Below, piece after piece: positions 17,927 through 27,417 of a stretch of 32,000 nucleotides of DNA (within the stretch, counting starts at the first letter, position 1; each line of letters opens with the position of its first letter). The DNA is taken from the NCBI GenBank assembly GCA_030674875.1, contig JASXSU010000003.1:504076-536075 (forward strand). The letters are read 5' to 3'. Source of the DNA: Candidatus Endonucleibacter sp. (ex Gigantidas childressi) (GTDB lineage: Bacteria > Pseudomonadota > Gammaproteobacteria > Pseudomonadales > Endozoicomonadaceae). The position numbers and the translations under genes are program-made. The notes below the pieces were generated by a model. The model worked only from the letters and a program-made list of their open reading frames with translations, searched no databases and had not been told where the DNA came from.

Positions 17927-19453
17927 CTACGGAACTGTTGCAGTAGTCTTTTCCGATAATGGCAAATCATACATAGTTCTTACTGATTCGTCGGCATCCA
18001 CGGATTCAAGCTTGACATCGAAATTCCAGAGTTTGTGAATATGCTTGATGATTTCCTGAGTGTTTTCAGATTCCAGCGGACGCTTCTGATGCATATAGTG
18101 CCTTAGCGTAAGAGATCTATCTCCTCGAATGTTAACATTGTAGATCTGTATATTAGGTTCTCTGTTGCCAAGATTATACTGAGCAGACATGGACTCTCTT
18201 AGTGCGCGGTAGCCGATTTCGTTATGAATGGCATTGACTTCAAGGTAAGGGTTTCCTTCGTCGTCATTAATACAGAACAGACGCATATCGCGCATTACCT
18301 TGGGGGATAGGTATTGCAGAATGAAGCTCTCATCCTTGAAGTTTCTCATAGCAAAGTGCACGGTTTCTAGCCAATCACTGCCAGCTATGTCTGGGAACCA
18401 TTGTTTATCTTCCTTCGTTGGGTTTTCACACATTCTTCGAATATCTTGAAACATGTTAAAACCAAGGGTGTAGGGGTTAATGCCACTATAGCGTTGGTCG
18501 TCAAAGTCTGGCTGAAAGACAACACTGGAGTGAGAGTGAAGAAACTCCATAATAAATCCCTCTGTAACCAGACCTTCGTTATAAAGTTCGTTGCACAGAT
18601 GGTAATGCCAGAAGGAGGCCCAGCCTTCATTCATGACCTGAGTTTGACGTTGAGGGTAAAAATACTGCGCAACCTTGCGAACAATTCTAATAAGTTCACG
18701 TTGCCACGTTTCCAATAAAGGAGCGTTCTTCTCCAGAAAATAAAGGATATTTTCTTCAGGATGTGCAGGAAATTTCTTTGTTTGCGATTCTTTTTCCTGC
18801 TGCTTGATGGGTATCGTACGCCATAAGTCGTTGAGGTTTTTCTGGATATACTCTTCCCTTTCTTTGACTCTTGTCTTCTCTTCTTCTGCGGAAATAGGGC
18901 GAGGGCGCTGATAACGGTTGACACCTTGATTCATCAAGGCATGGCAGGCGTCCAGGAGCTCTTCAACAGCGTCAATACCATGTTTTTCTTCACACTCGGA
19001 GATATAATGTTTGGCAAATAGCAGGTAGTCAATAATTGAGTCGGCATCAGTCCATGCCTTAAATAGGTAGTTACCTTTGAAAAATGAGTTATGACCGTAA
19101 CAGGCATGGGCAATAACCAGCGCCTGCATAGGCATGGTGTTTTCTTCCATGAGATAGGCTATACAAGGATTTGAGTTAATGACAATTTCATATGCCAATC
19201 CCATGCGACCACGCTGATAACTTTGCTGGTTTTGCAAAAATTGTTTTCCATAACTCCAGTGATTATACATCAGCGGCATGCCCACTGATGCATAAGCATC
19301 CAGCATTTGCTCTGAGCTGATAACCTCTATTTGGTTAGGGTAGGTGTCCAGTTTAAAGCGTTTTGCTAGACGTGAAATTTCCTTGTCGTAATCTTTGATT
19401 AGATCAAATGTCCACTCAGAATCTGTTGATATAGGTTTACGCTTTGTAGGCAT
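17927..19453 (-). CDS. ycgB: SpoVR-family protein (YcgB homologue)
   Basis: It aligns along its full length with E. coli YcgB as recalled (WTFDL ... LDTYPNQIEVISSEQMLDAY ... AYEIVINSNPCIAYLMEENT). The start at ATG 19453 (MPTKRKP) overlaps the yeaH stop. The ORF-track extension to 19531 is unsupported. Confidence 0.9.
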   Translation of the reverse strand: MPTKRKPISTDSEWTFDLIKDYDKEISRLAKRFKLDTYPNQIEVISSEQMLDAYASVGMPLMYNHWSYGKQFLQNQQSYQRGRMGLAYEIVINSNPCIAYLMEENTMPMQALVIAHACYGHNSFFKGNYLFKAWTDADSIIDYLLFAKHYISECEEKHGIDAVEELLDACHALMNQGVNRYQRPRPISAEEEKTRVKEREEYIQKNLNDLWRTIPIKQQEKESQTKKFPAHPEENILYFLEKNAPLLETWQRELIRIVRKVAQYFYPQRQTQVMNEGWASFWHYHLCNELYNEGLVTEGFIMEFLHSHSSVVFQPDFDDQRYSGINPYTLGFNMFQDIRRMCENPTKEDKQWFPDIAGSDWLETVHFAMRNFKDESFILQYLSPKVMRDMRLFCINDDEGNPYLEVNAIHNEIGYRALRESMSAQYNLGNREPNIQIYNVNIRGDRSLTLRHYMHQKRPLESENTQEIIKHIHKLWNFDVKLESVDADESVRTMYDLPLSEKTTATVP

Positions 19454-20723
19454 TCTGAGCCTCCTTTTTCTCGAATAAACGACGGAATACGGGATAAATA
19501 TCGCTATTATTTCTGATTTTCTGCATGGCAAAATGACCTGGGTTTTCCTTTTCTATTGCCTTGTATTCATGCCATAGATTCTGGTGTTGCCGGTCAGTAA
19601 TTTCCACATATGAGTAATATTGAGTCGATGGTAGAATCTTATTGATAATGATGTCTCGGCATGCACTAGAGTCTGATTCCCAGTTATCTCCATCTGATGC
19701 CTGTGCGACGTAGATATTCCACTCGCTTGCAGGATAACGTTTTTTAATAACCTTATCGGTTAACTCCAGAGCAGTAGAAACAATTGTTCCTCCAGTTTCG
19801 CGAGCGTAGAAAAAATCATGTTCGTTACATTCACGCGCTTCACTATGGTGCCTGATGAATACGACCTCTACGGCCTCATAGTTGCGTTCTAGGAAGAGAT
19901 AAAGTATCAGAAAAAAACGTTTAGCAGTGTCTTTTATTTCGCGAGTCATGGAGCCTGAAACATCCATTACACAAAACATCACCGCATGATCTGAAGACTG
20001 AGGAACCCGAATCAGGTTGTTGTACTTAAGGTCAAACTCATCAAGAAATGGCAGCTTTCTGAGCTTGGCATTTAATGTTTTGATTTCCACGCGTATAGCC
20101 TTTTCGCGATGCTGATTGAGTTCGCTATGGCCAACTTCCATTTCTCTGAGCTCACGTTTTAGCGCCCGAACTTTCTTTCTTTCTTTGCCAGAAATAGCTA
20201 TTCTACGGGCGTGCGATGCTCGCAGAGAGCGTACGACATTCAGTCGATCAGGTGAGCCTGCGGAGGTAAAGCCAGCGCGTTGTAGTTTAAATTCAGTATT
20301 GCTTTTGAGTTCTTTGCTGACTAAGTTTGGCAGCTCTAGGTCATTAAACAAATATTCAAGAAACTCATCCCGATTAATTTGAAAAACAAACTCATCAGCG
20401 CTAGAGTCACCGTCGCTGCCGTTGTCGCCATTTTGGCTATCACCACCGAGCGGTCTTTGAATTCTATCACCGGGCATGAACTCTTTATTGCCGGGATAAA
20501 TGCGGTCGTGCTTTCCTCCCTCGGCATAATGGAAAAAAGGCTCAGAAAGGTTTTTTTTGGGTATATGGACGCTACTTCCGTTGTCAATATCTGTAATTGA
20601 ACGGTCGTTAACAGCTTCCTGTACAGCCTCTTTAACATGGCTGTGATAACGCCTCAAAAAGCGCTGTCTATTGACAGAGCTTTTGTTCTTTGAGTTGAGG
20701 CGCCGATCAATAACTAAACTCAT
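19437..20723 (-). CDS. yeaH: DUF444/YeaH-family protein (vWA-like)
   Basis: [26 protein letters not shown] matches the YeaH N-terminus ([26 protein letters not shown]). [13 protein letters not shown] is also present. The start is at 20723, not at the ORF-track 20756. Confidence 0.9.
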   Translation of the reverse strand: [428 protein letters not shown]

Positions 20724-20835
20724 AGGACGCTCTCTCCTGAAGCTGCGTCTTTGCAATGGATGGCTGTTAGTACTGGTAAAATTTGCTTCTGTCTTTGTTG
20801 ACCCGAAATGCTCAGATATATCAAGACGAACCTAC

Positions 20836-20965
20836 TTATGCTCATCACCCTTGAAGGTGTGTGGGGTTATTGGTTGCTCTCACTCGCCCCAGTCACTTAC
20901 TACTCTAGGATGATGGGGCTTCTCTGGTTTGTCGCCTATTCACACTTTTTTTTGGTGCGAGTATA
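20836..20965 (+). repeat. MITE-like family, full-length copy inside the yeaG-yeaH spacer
   Basis: CCCTTGAAGGTGTGTGGGGTTATTGGTTGCTCTCACTCGCCCCAGTCACTTACTACTCTAGGATGATGGGGCTTCTCTGGTTTGTCGCCTAT ... GGTGCGAGTATA. Confidence 0.85.
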
Positions 20966-20997
20966 TTAGTCAAGCCGATGGCTCATGGGTTCCTTTG

Positions 20998-22920
20998 CTA
21001 CTGTGATTTGCGAACGCGGATATACCATTCGGAAAGCAATCGCACCTGCTTTTCTGTATAACCGTGTTCAACCATACGAGCGACAAACTCCTTGTGTTTC
21101 TTTTGGTCGTTTTGAGAACCTTTAGGATTAAAGGAAATCACTGGCAGCAGATCTTCAGTATTAGAGAACATTTTCTTCTCAATTACTGATCTCATTTTTT
21201 CATAGCATAGCCAGCTTGGGTTTTTACCATTACAGTTGGCTTTAGCGCGTAGTACAAAATTCACCACTTCGTTTCGGAAGTCTTTTGGATTGGCAATGCC
21301 GGCAGGTTTTTCAATTTTTTCCAACTCGTCATTTAGGGCGGGGCGGTCAAGGATATGACCTGTGTCTGGGTCACGAAATTCCTGATCTTGAATCCAGAAA
21401 TCTGCATATGTGATATAACGATCAAAAATATTTTGACCGTACTCAGAATAAGACTCCAGATATGCGGTTTGGATTTCCTTGCCAAGGAACTCAACATACT
21501 TGGGAGTAAGGAACTCTTTGATAAAGCGCACATATCGCTCTTGTATTTCTTCCTGGTATTGTTGCTGCTCGATCTGCTGCTCTAGCACATACATAAGATG
21601 CACTGGATTAGCTGCCACTTCTGCTGTATCAAAGTTGAAGACTTTTGAAAGTATTTTGAATGCAAACCTAGTTGAAAGACCATCCATACCCTCGTCAACA
21701 CCGGCAAAATCTTTATATTCTTGCAGTGGCTTGGCGTTTGGGTCAGTGTCTTTTAGATTCTCTCCGTCGTATACTTTCATCTTGGAATAGGCGGAAGAGT
21801 TCTCAGGTTCCTTGATGCGAGATAGCACAGAGAATTGAGCCAGCATTTTCAAAGTGTCTGGTGCACATGGTGCGTTGCTTAGAGAGCTATGTTCAAGTAG
21901 TTTTTCATAGATTTTCATTTCTTCACTGACCCGTGTGCAATAAGGCACTTTGACAATATTTACCCGGTCAATAAAAGCTTCATTGGTTTTGTTATTTCTG
22001 AATGTTTGCCATTCTGACTCATTAGAGTGAGCCAAAATTATACCTTCATAGGGAATAGCACCAAGACCTTCTGTGCTGTTGTAGTTCCCTTCTTGAGTGG
22101 CTGTCAATAGTGGGTGCAAAACCTTGACAGGAGCTTTAAACATCTCAACGAACTCCATTAGCCCCTGATTGGCTCGACACAGCGCACCAGAAAAGCTGTA
22201 AGCATCCGGATCATCCTGAGAAAACTCTTCCAGTTGACGAATATCTACCTTTCCTACCAAGCTAGAGATATCTTGATTATTTTCATCACCGGGTTCTGTT
22301 TTTGCTACAGCTACTTGTTTTAAGCGACTTGGGAACAGTTTTACTACACGAAATTTAGTTATATCACCACCAAATTCTTGGAGGCGCTTGACTGCCCATG
22401 GCGACATTATATATCGGAGGTAAGGGGTAGGAATGCCATACTCTTGTTCCAGTATATTTGCGTCTTCGTCAGGGTTAAACAACCCTAAAGGAGATTCGAA
22501 AACAGGTGATCCTTTGATAGCGTAAAAAGGTATTTTTTCGATTAAGTGCTTGAGTTTTTCTGCCAGAGAAGATTTGCCGCCACCAACTGGGCCTAGCAGG
22601 TATAAAATTTGCTTTTTCTCTTCCAGGCCTTGAGCTGCGTGTTTAAAATAAGATACGATTTGCTCAATGGCCTCTTCCATTCCATAAAAATCTTCAAAAG
22701 CCGGGTAGCGCTTAATCAGTTTGTTGGAAAATATACGACTGAGGCGAGAGTCATTTGCGGTATCGATAACCTGAGCTTCACCAATGGCAAGTAGCATGCG
22801 CTCTGCAGCATTGGCATATACACTGGGATCTTTTTTGCAAAGGCTGAGATAATCCTGAAGGCTTATCTCTTCCTGTTGGACTGACTCATATCTTTCTTGA
22901 AACTGCGAAAATACTGACAT
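20998..22920 (-). CDS. yeaG: PrkA/YeaG-family serine protein kinase (AAA-type P-loop)
   Basis: 640-aa ORF with P-loop LLGPVGGGKSSL and collinear similarity to E. coli YeaG. It heads the yeaG-yeaH-ycgB module. Confidence 0.95.
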   Translation of the reverse strand: MSVFSQFQERYESVQQEEISLQDYLSLCKKDPSVYANAAERMLLAIGEAQVIDTANDSRLSRIFSNKLIKRYPAFEDFYGMEEAIEQIVSYFKHAAQGLEEKKQILYLLGPVGGGKSSLAEKLKHLIEKIPFYAIKGSPVFESPLGLFNPDEDANILEQEYGIPTPYLRYIMSPWAVKRLQEFGGDITKFRVVKLFPSRLKQVAVAKTEPGDENNQDISSLVGKVDIRQLEEFSQDDPDAYSFSGALCRANQGLMEFVEMFKAPVKVLHPLLTATQEGNYNSTEGLGAIPYEGIILAHSNESEWQTFRNNKTNEAFIDRVNIVKVPYCTRVSEEMKIYEKLLEHSSLSNAPCAPDTLKMLAQFSVLSRIKEPENSSAYSKMKVYDGENLKDTDPNAKPLQEYKDFAGVDEGMDGLSTRFAFKILSKVFNFDTAEVAANPVHLMYVLEQQIEQQQYQEEIQERYVRFIKEFLTPKYVEFLGKEIQTAYLESYSEYGQNIFDRYITYADFWIQDQEFRDPDTGHILDRPALNDELEKIEKPAGIANPKDFRNEVVNFVLRAKANCNGKNPSWLCYEKMRSVIEKKMFSNTEDLLPVISFNPKGSQNDQKKHKEFVARMVEHGYTEKQVRLLSEWYIRVRKSQ

Positions 22921-23000
22921 AACTTGTGCTCCCCGCTTGGATTGTTGCTGTTTAGGGGTGTTGCTTTTTTTTACTATCCAAAGTTATACGTGACAGGCGT

Positions 23001-23023
23001 TTTTATGCAGATTTTGCATAAAA
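23001..23023. promoter_or_regulatory. 23-bp palindrome upstream of yeaG (candidate operator)
   Basis: TTTTATGCA-gattt-TGCATAAAA with 9-bp perfect arms, centred about 92 bp upstream of the yeaG ATG (22920). A TATAAC -10-like hexamer follows on the minus strand. Confidence 0.25.
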
Positions 23024-23358
23024 AAGTTACAGTCAACAACTTCTCTGTAAGTTTATTAGTTGGCACTCATGGGTACGTTATAAAGTGGTGAGAGGAAAAA
23101 GTCCATAGAAAAAGTTTTATATAGTGATGCTTTTGTGATCTGTAAAGTGGAAATGTGCCTGTGGTTGGCATGGTACAGGAGATCTAGATGAACGACGATA
23201 TATATTTAATTTGTTAACTGCGGCATAAGTTTGATGATTACTTGGTGTACTATACTTTTGTCGTGTATCACGACTTTGCTGTTGATTGATGCCACCCAGT
23301 TTTTTAGGTTTGGCTAAATAATTGTTCTATAAAATTGAAAATATCAAAAGAAGAAGGG

Positions 23359-24201
23359 TTATTTTTTGATTCTTTTTCTGAGTTTAAGCCTGTCGTAGTG
23401 CCAGATCCAGAGCTCTGGGTCTGCTTTGATGACATCTTCTATTCTGTTAATAAGGGCTTGCAGGTTTGCACTAACAGTTTTTTTCTTGTCTGAATGGTCG
23501 GTCATGGTGAATGGCTCAAAATGTAAGTGCCATACTTGTTCTTTTAGGGTGCAGTAGTGGAACAATAGTGGTGCTCCAGTCATTAACGCAAGATTTATGG
23601 CGCTAACAGGAGCCTTTGTTTGCTCCCCAAAAAAGGTAACGGGCGCTTCCCTTGATCGCATATCAATATGCAGAATGAGTGCGTTATTCTTTCGTAATGT
23701 TTTCAGCGCATTTATAGGATTACCTCGTTGAATAAAAGGGATTCCTGCTTTGTGCATGATGTCCTTTGCTAGCCAATTTATCCACGGCTTTTGTTTACCA
23801 GCTCCGATGACTGTTGATACAGGGATTTTTTCTTTGGTTAGAGCAAATGTGCCAAGATCTGGTGGTCCTACGTGTAGAGAAACAATAATAGCACCACGAT
23901 TCAGTTTTAGAGCCTCTGTTACAATGTCTGAGTCGTGTAGTTTGTAGGGGGTCTTGTATAGTTGTGATGGTGATAAAATATACTTAGCACTATTGTAGGC
24001 TGCTTTTTTTGCAATAATGTTTATAGTGCTGTGGTCTGCTTCAGGTAAAGCTAATTTAAGTGTCGCTCTGGCGATATGTCCATGTAATCGGTCAAGGATA
24101 ATTCCTCCTATTTTCGTCAGTAAATCCAACAATGGAGAGGGACAAATTTCCAAAATTTTGAACAGGATAAGTCCGCATTTGTAAGCAAAACGTTGGTTCA
24201 T
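23359..24201 (-). CDS. lysophospholipid/lipid A late acyltransferase family protein (LpxL/HtrB-like)
   Basis: 280-aa ORF. The family pattern is seen by eye: SLHVGPPD (the HxxxxD-type box region), VTFFGEQTKAPVSAINLALMTGAPLL, and the C-terminal DPELWIWHYDRLK. Confidence 0.65.
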   Translation of the reverse strand: MNQRFAYKCGLILFKILEICPSPLLDLLTKIGGIILDRLHGHIARATLKLALPEADHSTINIIAKKAAYNSAKYILSPSQLYKTPYKLHDSDIVTEALKLNRGAIIVSLHVGPPDLGTFALTKEKIPVSTVIGAGKQKPWINWLAKDIMHKAGIPFIQRGNPINALKTLRKNNALILHIDMRSREAPVTFFGEQTKAPVSAINLALMTGAPLLFHYCTLKEQVWHLHFEPFTMTDHSDKKKTVSANLQALINRIEDVIKADPELWIWHYDRLKLRKRIKK

Positions 24202-24498
24202 AAAAAAATCAATTCAGTGTAGGAGGCGATTCAGACGAGAAAAATCTTTAAAATCGCCTCTGCAGGGAGATAGATGTAGACAATATTCAGTGTAAATAGA
24301 TTATTTATGGCATGTTTTATGGTGTAGTGTGTCTCTGCTTAATTATGCATATGTTCTGATATAATGCTAATCATACTTGTAGGCGGTTATGTTGTAGGGA
24401 TTATCTGAATGGAATATTTTTATCACCTTGTGTATGTTCTAAGTCTCCTGCCTACATCTATTGATGTCTGAAAGCAGGGCTAGGGAATTAGAGTAGGA

Positions 24499-24620
24499 TA
24501 TACCCGTTATTTGAAGGCATGCGGTTGTTGACTGCTCGTCACTCCAATCATCTATTGCTCATAGGCTCATGGGGGTTCTCTTGCTTATCGCCAATTCATA
24601 CCTTAATGGTAACGAGTATA
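24499..24620 (+). repeat. MITE-like family, full-length copy
   Basis: TATACCCGTTATTTGAAGGCATGCGGTTGTTGACTGCTCGTCACTCCAATCATCTATTGCTCATAGGCTCATGGGGGTTCTCTTGCTTATCGCCAATTCATACCTTAATGGTAACGAGTATA. Confidence 0.9.
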
Positions 24621-24653
24621 GTATAGCCAAACTTGCTGTTAGCGGGTGTTAAA

Positions 24654-25457
24654 ATGATTTTTGTTCTTTACGCCGCTCTTGGGGTTTTTGTGGGGACTTT
24701 GGCTGGGGTTTTTGGTGTTGGCGGTGGGTTAATTGTTGTTCCAGTACTGATTTTTAGCTTTAAGATGCAAGGAGTGTCACCGGATATTATAACTCATCTG
24801 GCCGTGGGTACTTCATTGGCAACTATTGTTGTAACTGCAATCGGGTCTATCATAACGCATCACAGGAAAGGTACTGTTGTGTGGCCTATTTTTATATATT
24901 TAGTACCAGGTACTTTGTTGGGTGCTACTTTTGGTGTTTTTACTGGGGTTAGCCTTAAAGGTGAGACACTACAGTCTGCTCTTGGTTTATTTTCCATGTT
25001 AGTTTCTATAAAAATGTGGTTTGGCTGGAAATCCGTTGGCTCCGATAAACATATGAGTAAAATAATTATTACCGTTGCAGGTACGGTTATTGGTTGGGTA
25101 TCCAGTCTGTTTGGAATTGGTGGAGGTAGTTTGAATGTTCCTTTTCTTTGTCGAGCTAATGTTGGTATGAAGCATGCTATTGGGACTTCAGCAGCCTGCA
25201 GTCTACCTATTGCTGCTACTGGTTCTTTGGTTAACATTATTATGGGTATGGGGGATTCATCGTTGCCTGAGTGGTCAACAGGTTTTGTCTATTGGCCCGC
25301 ATTTTTAGGTATAATCCTTACCAGTGTTTTTTTTGCCAGCATTGGTGCACACTTGGCCCACCGATTTTCGGCTGATAAGTTACAAAAGTTTTTTTCGGTT
25401 TTTCTTTTTTTGGTTGGTATCCAGTTTTTGTGGCAGAATTTCCCTTCTGAATGGTAG
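24654..25457 (+). CDS. TSUP/TauE-SafE family membrane transporter (YfcA-like)
   Basis: Polytopic ORF with a duplicated GxGGG motif (VFGVGGGLIVVP and LFGIGGGSLNVP). ATG 24654 is preferred over the ORF-track TTG 24633. Confidence 0.8.
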   Translation: MIFVLYAALGVFVGTLAGVFGVGGGLIVVPVLIFSFKMQGVSPDIITHLAVGTSLATIVVTAIGSIITHHRKGTVVWPIFIYLVPGTLLGATFGVFTGVSLKGETLQSALGLFSMLVSIKMWFGWKSVGSDKHMSKIIITVAGTVIGWVSSLFGIGGGSLNVPFLCRANVGMKHAIGTSAACSLPIAATGSLVNIIMGMGDSSLPEWSTGFVYWPAFLGIILTSVFFASIGAHLAHRFSADKLQKFFSVFLFLVGIQFLWQNFPSEW

Positions 25458-25520
25458 TTGCCTTCCTTTGATGAATCAGCCAAAGTTAGTTATTTTCTAT
25501 CAATTCTTTGGAGTGGTCTT

Positions 25521-26363
25521 GTGATTGCTTATCCTAATATTGACCCTATTGCTATCAACTTCGGATTTGTGAAAATTCATTGGTACGGGCTAATGTATGT
25601 GACAGGGTTTGTCTGTGCTTGGTGGCTTGCTAGTATTAGGGCGAAAAGCTCAAATGGGTTGTGGAGGCAGGAACACATCGGTGATCTTATTTTTTATGGA
25701 GCTATAGGCGTTGTCTTGGGTGGTCGCTTTGGTTATGTCTTTTTTTACAATTTTGATTATTTTGTACTGCACCCCTTTTGGTTGTTCCGTATTTGGGAGG
25801 GGGGGATGTCATTTCATGGTGGTTTGTTGGGTGTGATTCTGGCGATGGCTATTTGTAGCCGTAAAATGGATAAATCATTTTTTCAGGCAGCGGATTTTAT
25901 TGCTCCTCTAGTTCCTGTTGGCCTTGGTGCCGGTAGGGTAGGGAACTTTATTGGCGGAGAACTTTGGGGTAGATCAACGGATGTACCTTGGGCTATGATT
26001 TTTCCAGCAGACCCAGATCAGATTGCTCGTCACCCATCTCAACTTTATCAGTTTGCTTTAGAAGGTATAGTCTTTTTTATTGTGTTGTGGTGGTTCTCTT
26101 CACGACCGAGACCTAGGATGGCTGTTTCAGGTATGTTTTTGCTTGTTTATGGGCTGGCTAGAATAGTTGTTGAATTTTTCCGCCAGCCTGATGCCCAGCT
26201 AGGTTATCTTGCCTTCGACTGGCTAACTATGGGGCAGGTTTTATCATTGCCGATGGTGATTTTAGGTGCATGGTTTATCTATTATGGTTACAAATACAAT
26301 CTTATGAGTGGAGGTATTAATGTTGATGATATCGCATGGTTGAAGCGCAACAAGGCAAAATGA
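25521..26363 (+). CDS. lgt: prolipoprotein diacylglyceryl transferase
   Basis: HWYGLMY, GGMSFHGGL, GRxGNFINGELWGR-like GRVGNFIGGELWGR, HPSQLY and FFRQPD are all Lgt signatures. GTG 25521 is preceded by GGAG with a 7-nt spacer and gives an N-terminus collinear with E. coli Lgt. The ORF track opens at TTG 25458. Confidence 0.9.
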   Translation: MIAYPNIDPIAINFGFVKIHWYGLMYVTGFVCAWWLASIRAKSSNGLWRQEHIGDLIFYGAIGVVLGGRFGYVFFYNFDYFVLHPFWLFRIWEGGMSFHGGLLGVILAMAICSRKMDKSFFQAADFIAPLVPVGLGAGRVGNFIGGELWGRSTDVPWAMIFPADPDQIARHPSQLYQFALEGIVFFIVLWWFSSRPRPRMAVSGMFLLVYGLARIVVEFFRQPDAQLGYLAFDWLTMGQVLSLPMVILGAWFIYYGYKYNLMSGGINVDDIAWLKRNKAK

Positions 26364-26372
26364 TTGGTAGGG

Positions 26373-26509
26373 ATATTCTACTCATTTTTCCTTGATAGGT
26401 GTGAATTGTTGACTGCTCTCTCTCACCCCAATCACCTAATGCTCGTAGTATCATGTGGTCTTTTCTCGTTTGTCGCCTACTCCCACCTTCAATTGGTAAC
26501 GGGTGTATA
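26373..26509 (+). repeat. MITE-like family, full-length copy in the lgt-thyA spacer
   Basis: ..CCTTGATAGGTGTGAATTGTTGACTGCTCTCTCTCACCCCAATCACCTAATGCTCGTAGTATCATGTGGTCTTTTCTCGTTTGTCGCCTACTCCCACCTTCAATTGGTAACGGGTGTATA. Confidence 0.9.
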
Positions 26510-26551
26510 CTGTGAGAATTGAAGTATTATTTGTATCAGGATGACATTGCT

Positions 26552-27385
26552 ATGAAACAATATCTCGACTTATTAAGGCATGTGAAGAAAGATGGGGTTT
26601 TTAAGTCTGACCGTACAGGCACGGGCACTTATAGTCTTTTTGGTTATCAAATGCGGTTTGATTTGTCACAAGGGTTCCCGTTGGTGACAACGAAAAAATG
26701 CCATCTACGTTCAATTATTCATGAGCTTCTCTGGTTTTTGAAAGGTGATACCAATATTGGTTACTTGCAAGAAAATGGTGTGCGGATTTGGGATGAATGG
26801 GCAACCAAGGAGGGCGATCTAGGGCCAGTTTATGGTAAGCAATGGCGCAGTTGGGAAGGCCCTAACAATGAAACCACTGATCAGATTACTTGCCTTTTAG
26901 ATGAAATTAAGGTTAATCCTGATTCACGTCGTCTAGTGGTTAGCGCATGGAATCCAAGTGTGCTTCCAGATGTTGCATTATCTCCTTCAGAAAATGCAGC
27001 CAAGGGAAAGCAGGCATTACCTCCTTGCCACTGTCTTTTCCAGTTCTATGTTTTAGATGAAAGACTCTCGTGTCAGTTATATCAACGTAGTGCGGATGTT
27101 TTTCTTGGTGTCCCTTTTAATATTGCTTCCTATGCGCTGTTCACAATGATGGTTGCTAAGGTTTGTAGTCTTAAACTTGGTGATTTTGTGCATACTTTTG
27201 GTGACGCTCATATTTATTCAAATCATCTTGAGCAAGTTGATGAGCAGTTATCCCGTGAGCCTTATCCTTTGCCGAAGATGAAAATAAACACTGCTATTGA
27301 TAGCTTGTTTGATTTTACCTTTGATGATTTTGAATTGGTAGATTATCAGGCTCACCCGCATATTAAGGCAGCGGTTGCTGTTTGA
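26552..27385 (+). CDS. thyA: thymidylate synthase (ThyA type)
   Basis: [11 protein letters not shown] ... DRTGTGT ... [18 protein letters not shown] ... PPCH ... [22 protein letters not shown]. The start is at ATG 26552, and the ORF-track TTG 26519 is unsupported. It sits in the canonical lgt-thyA pairing. Confidence 0.95.
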   Translation: MKQYLDLLRHVKKDGVFKSDRTGTGTYSLFGYQMRFDLSQGFPLVTTKKCHLRSIIHELLWFLKGDTNIGYLQENGVRIWDEWATKEGDLGPVYGKQWRSWEGPNNETTDQITCLLDEIKVNPDSRRLVVSAWNPSVLPDVALSPSENAAKGKQALPPCHCLFQFYVLDERLSCQLYQRSADVFLGVPFNIASYALFTMMVAKVCSLKLGDFVHTFGDAHIYSNHLEQVDEQLSREPYPLPKMKINTAIDSLFDFTFDDFELVDYQAHPHIKAAVAV

Positions 27386-27417
27386 CTCTATATGCTGAAA
27401 TTATGGGGAGGGCATGA

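Noticed and set aside
23177-23217. Mini-ORF MNDDIYLIC (ATG 23188) with a perfect AGGAG and 6-nt spacer in the yeaG/acyltransferase spacer
   Set aside because: It has only nine codons, no downstream gene on that strand for more than 1.4 kb, and no recognisable leader-peptide logic. It is most likely a chance occurrence in AT-rich sequence.
22921-23358. Sigma-54 (-24/-12) promoter for yeaG
   Set aside because: TGGCAC at about 23065 is on the wrong strand and lacks a TTGC at the correct spacing. The minus-strand TGGATAG..GCA has 13 nt instead of 10 nt between GG and GC.
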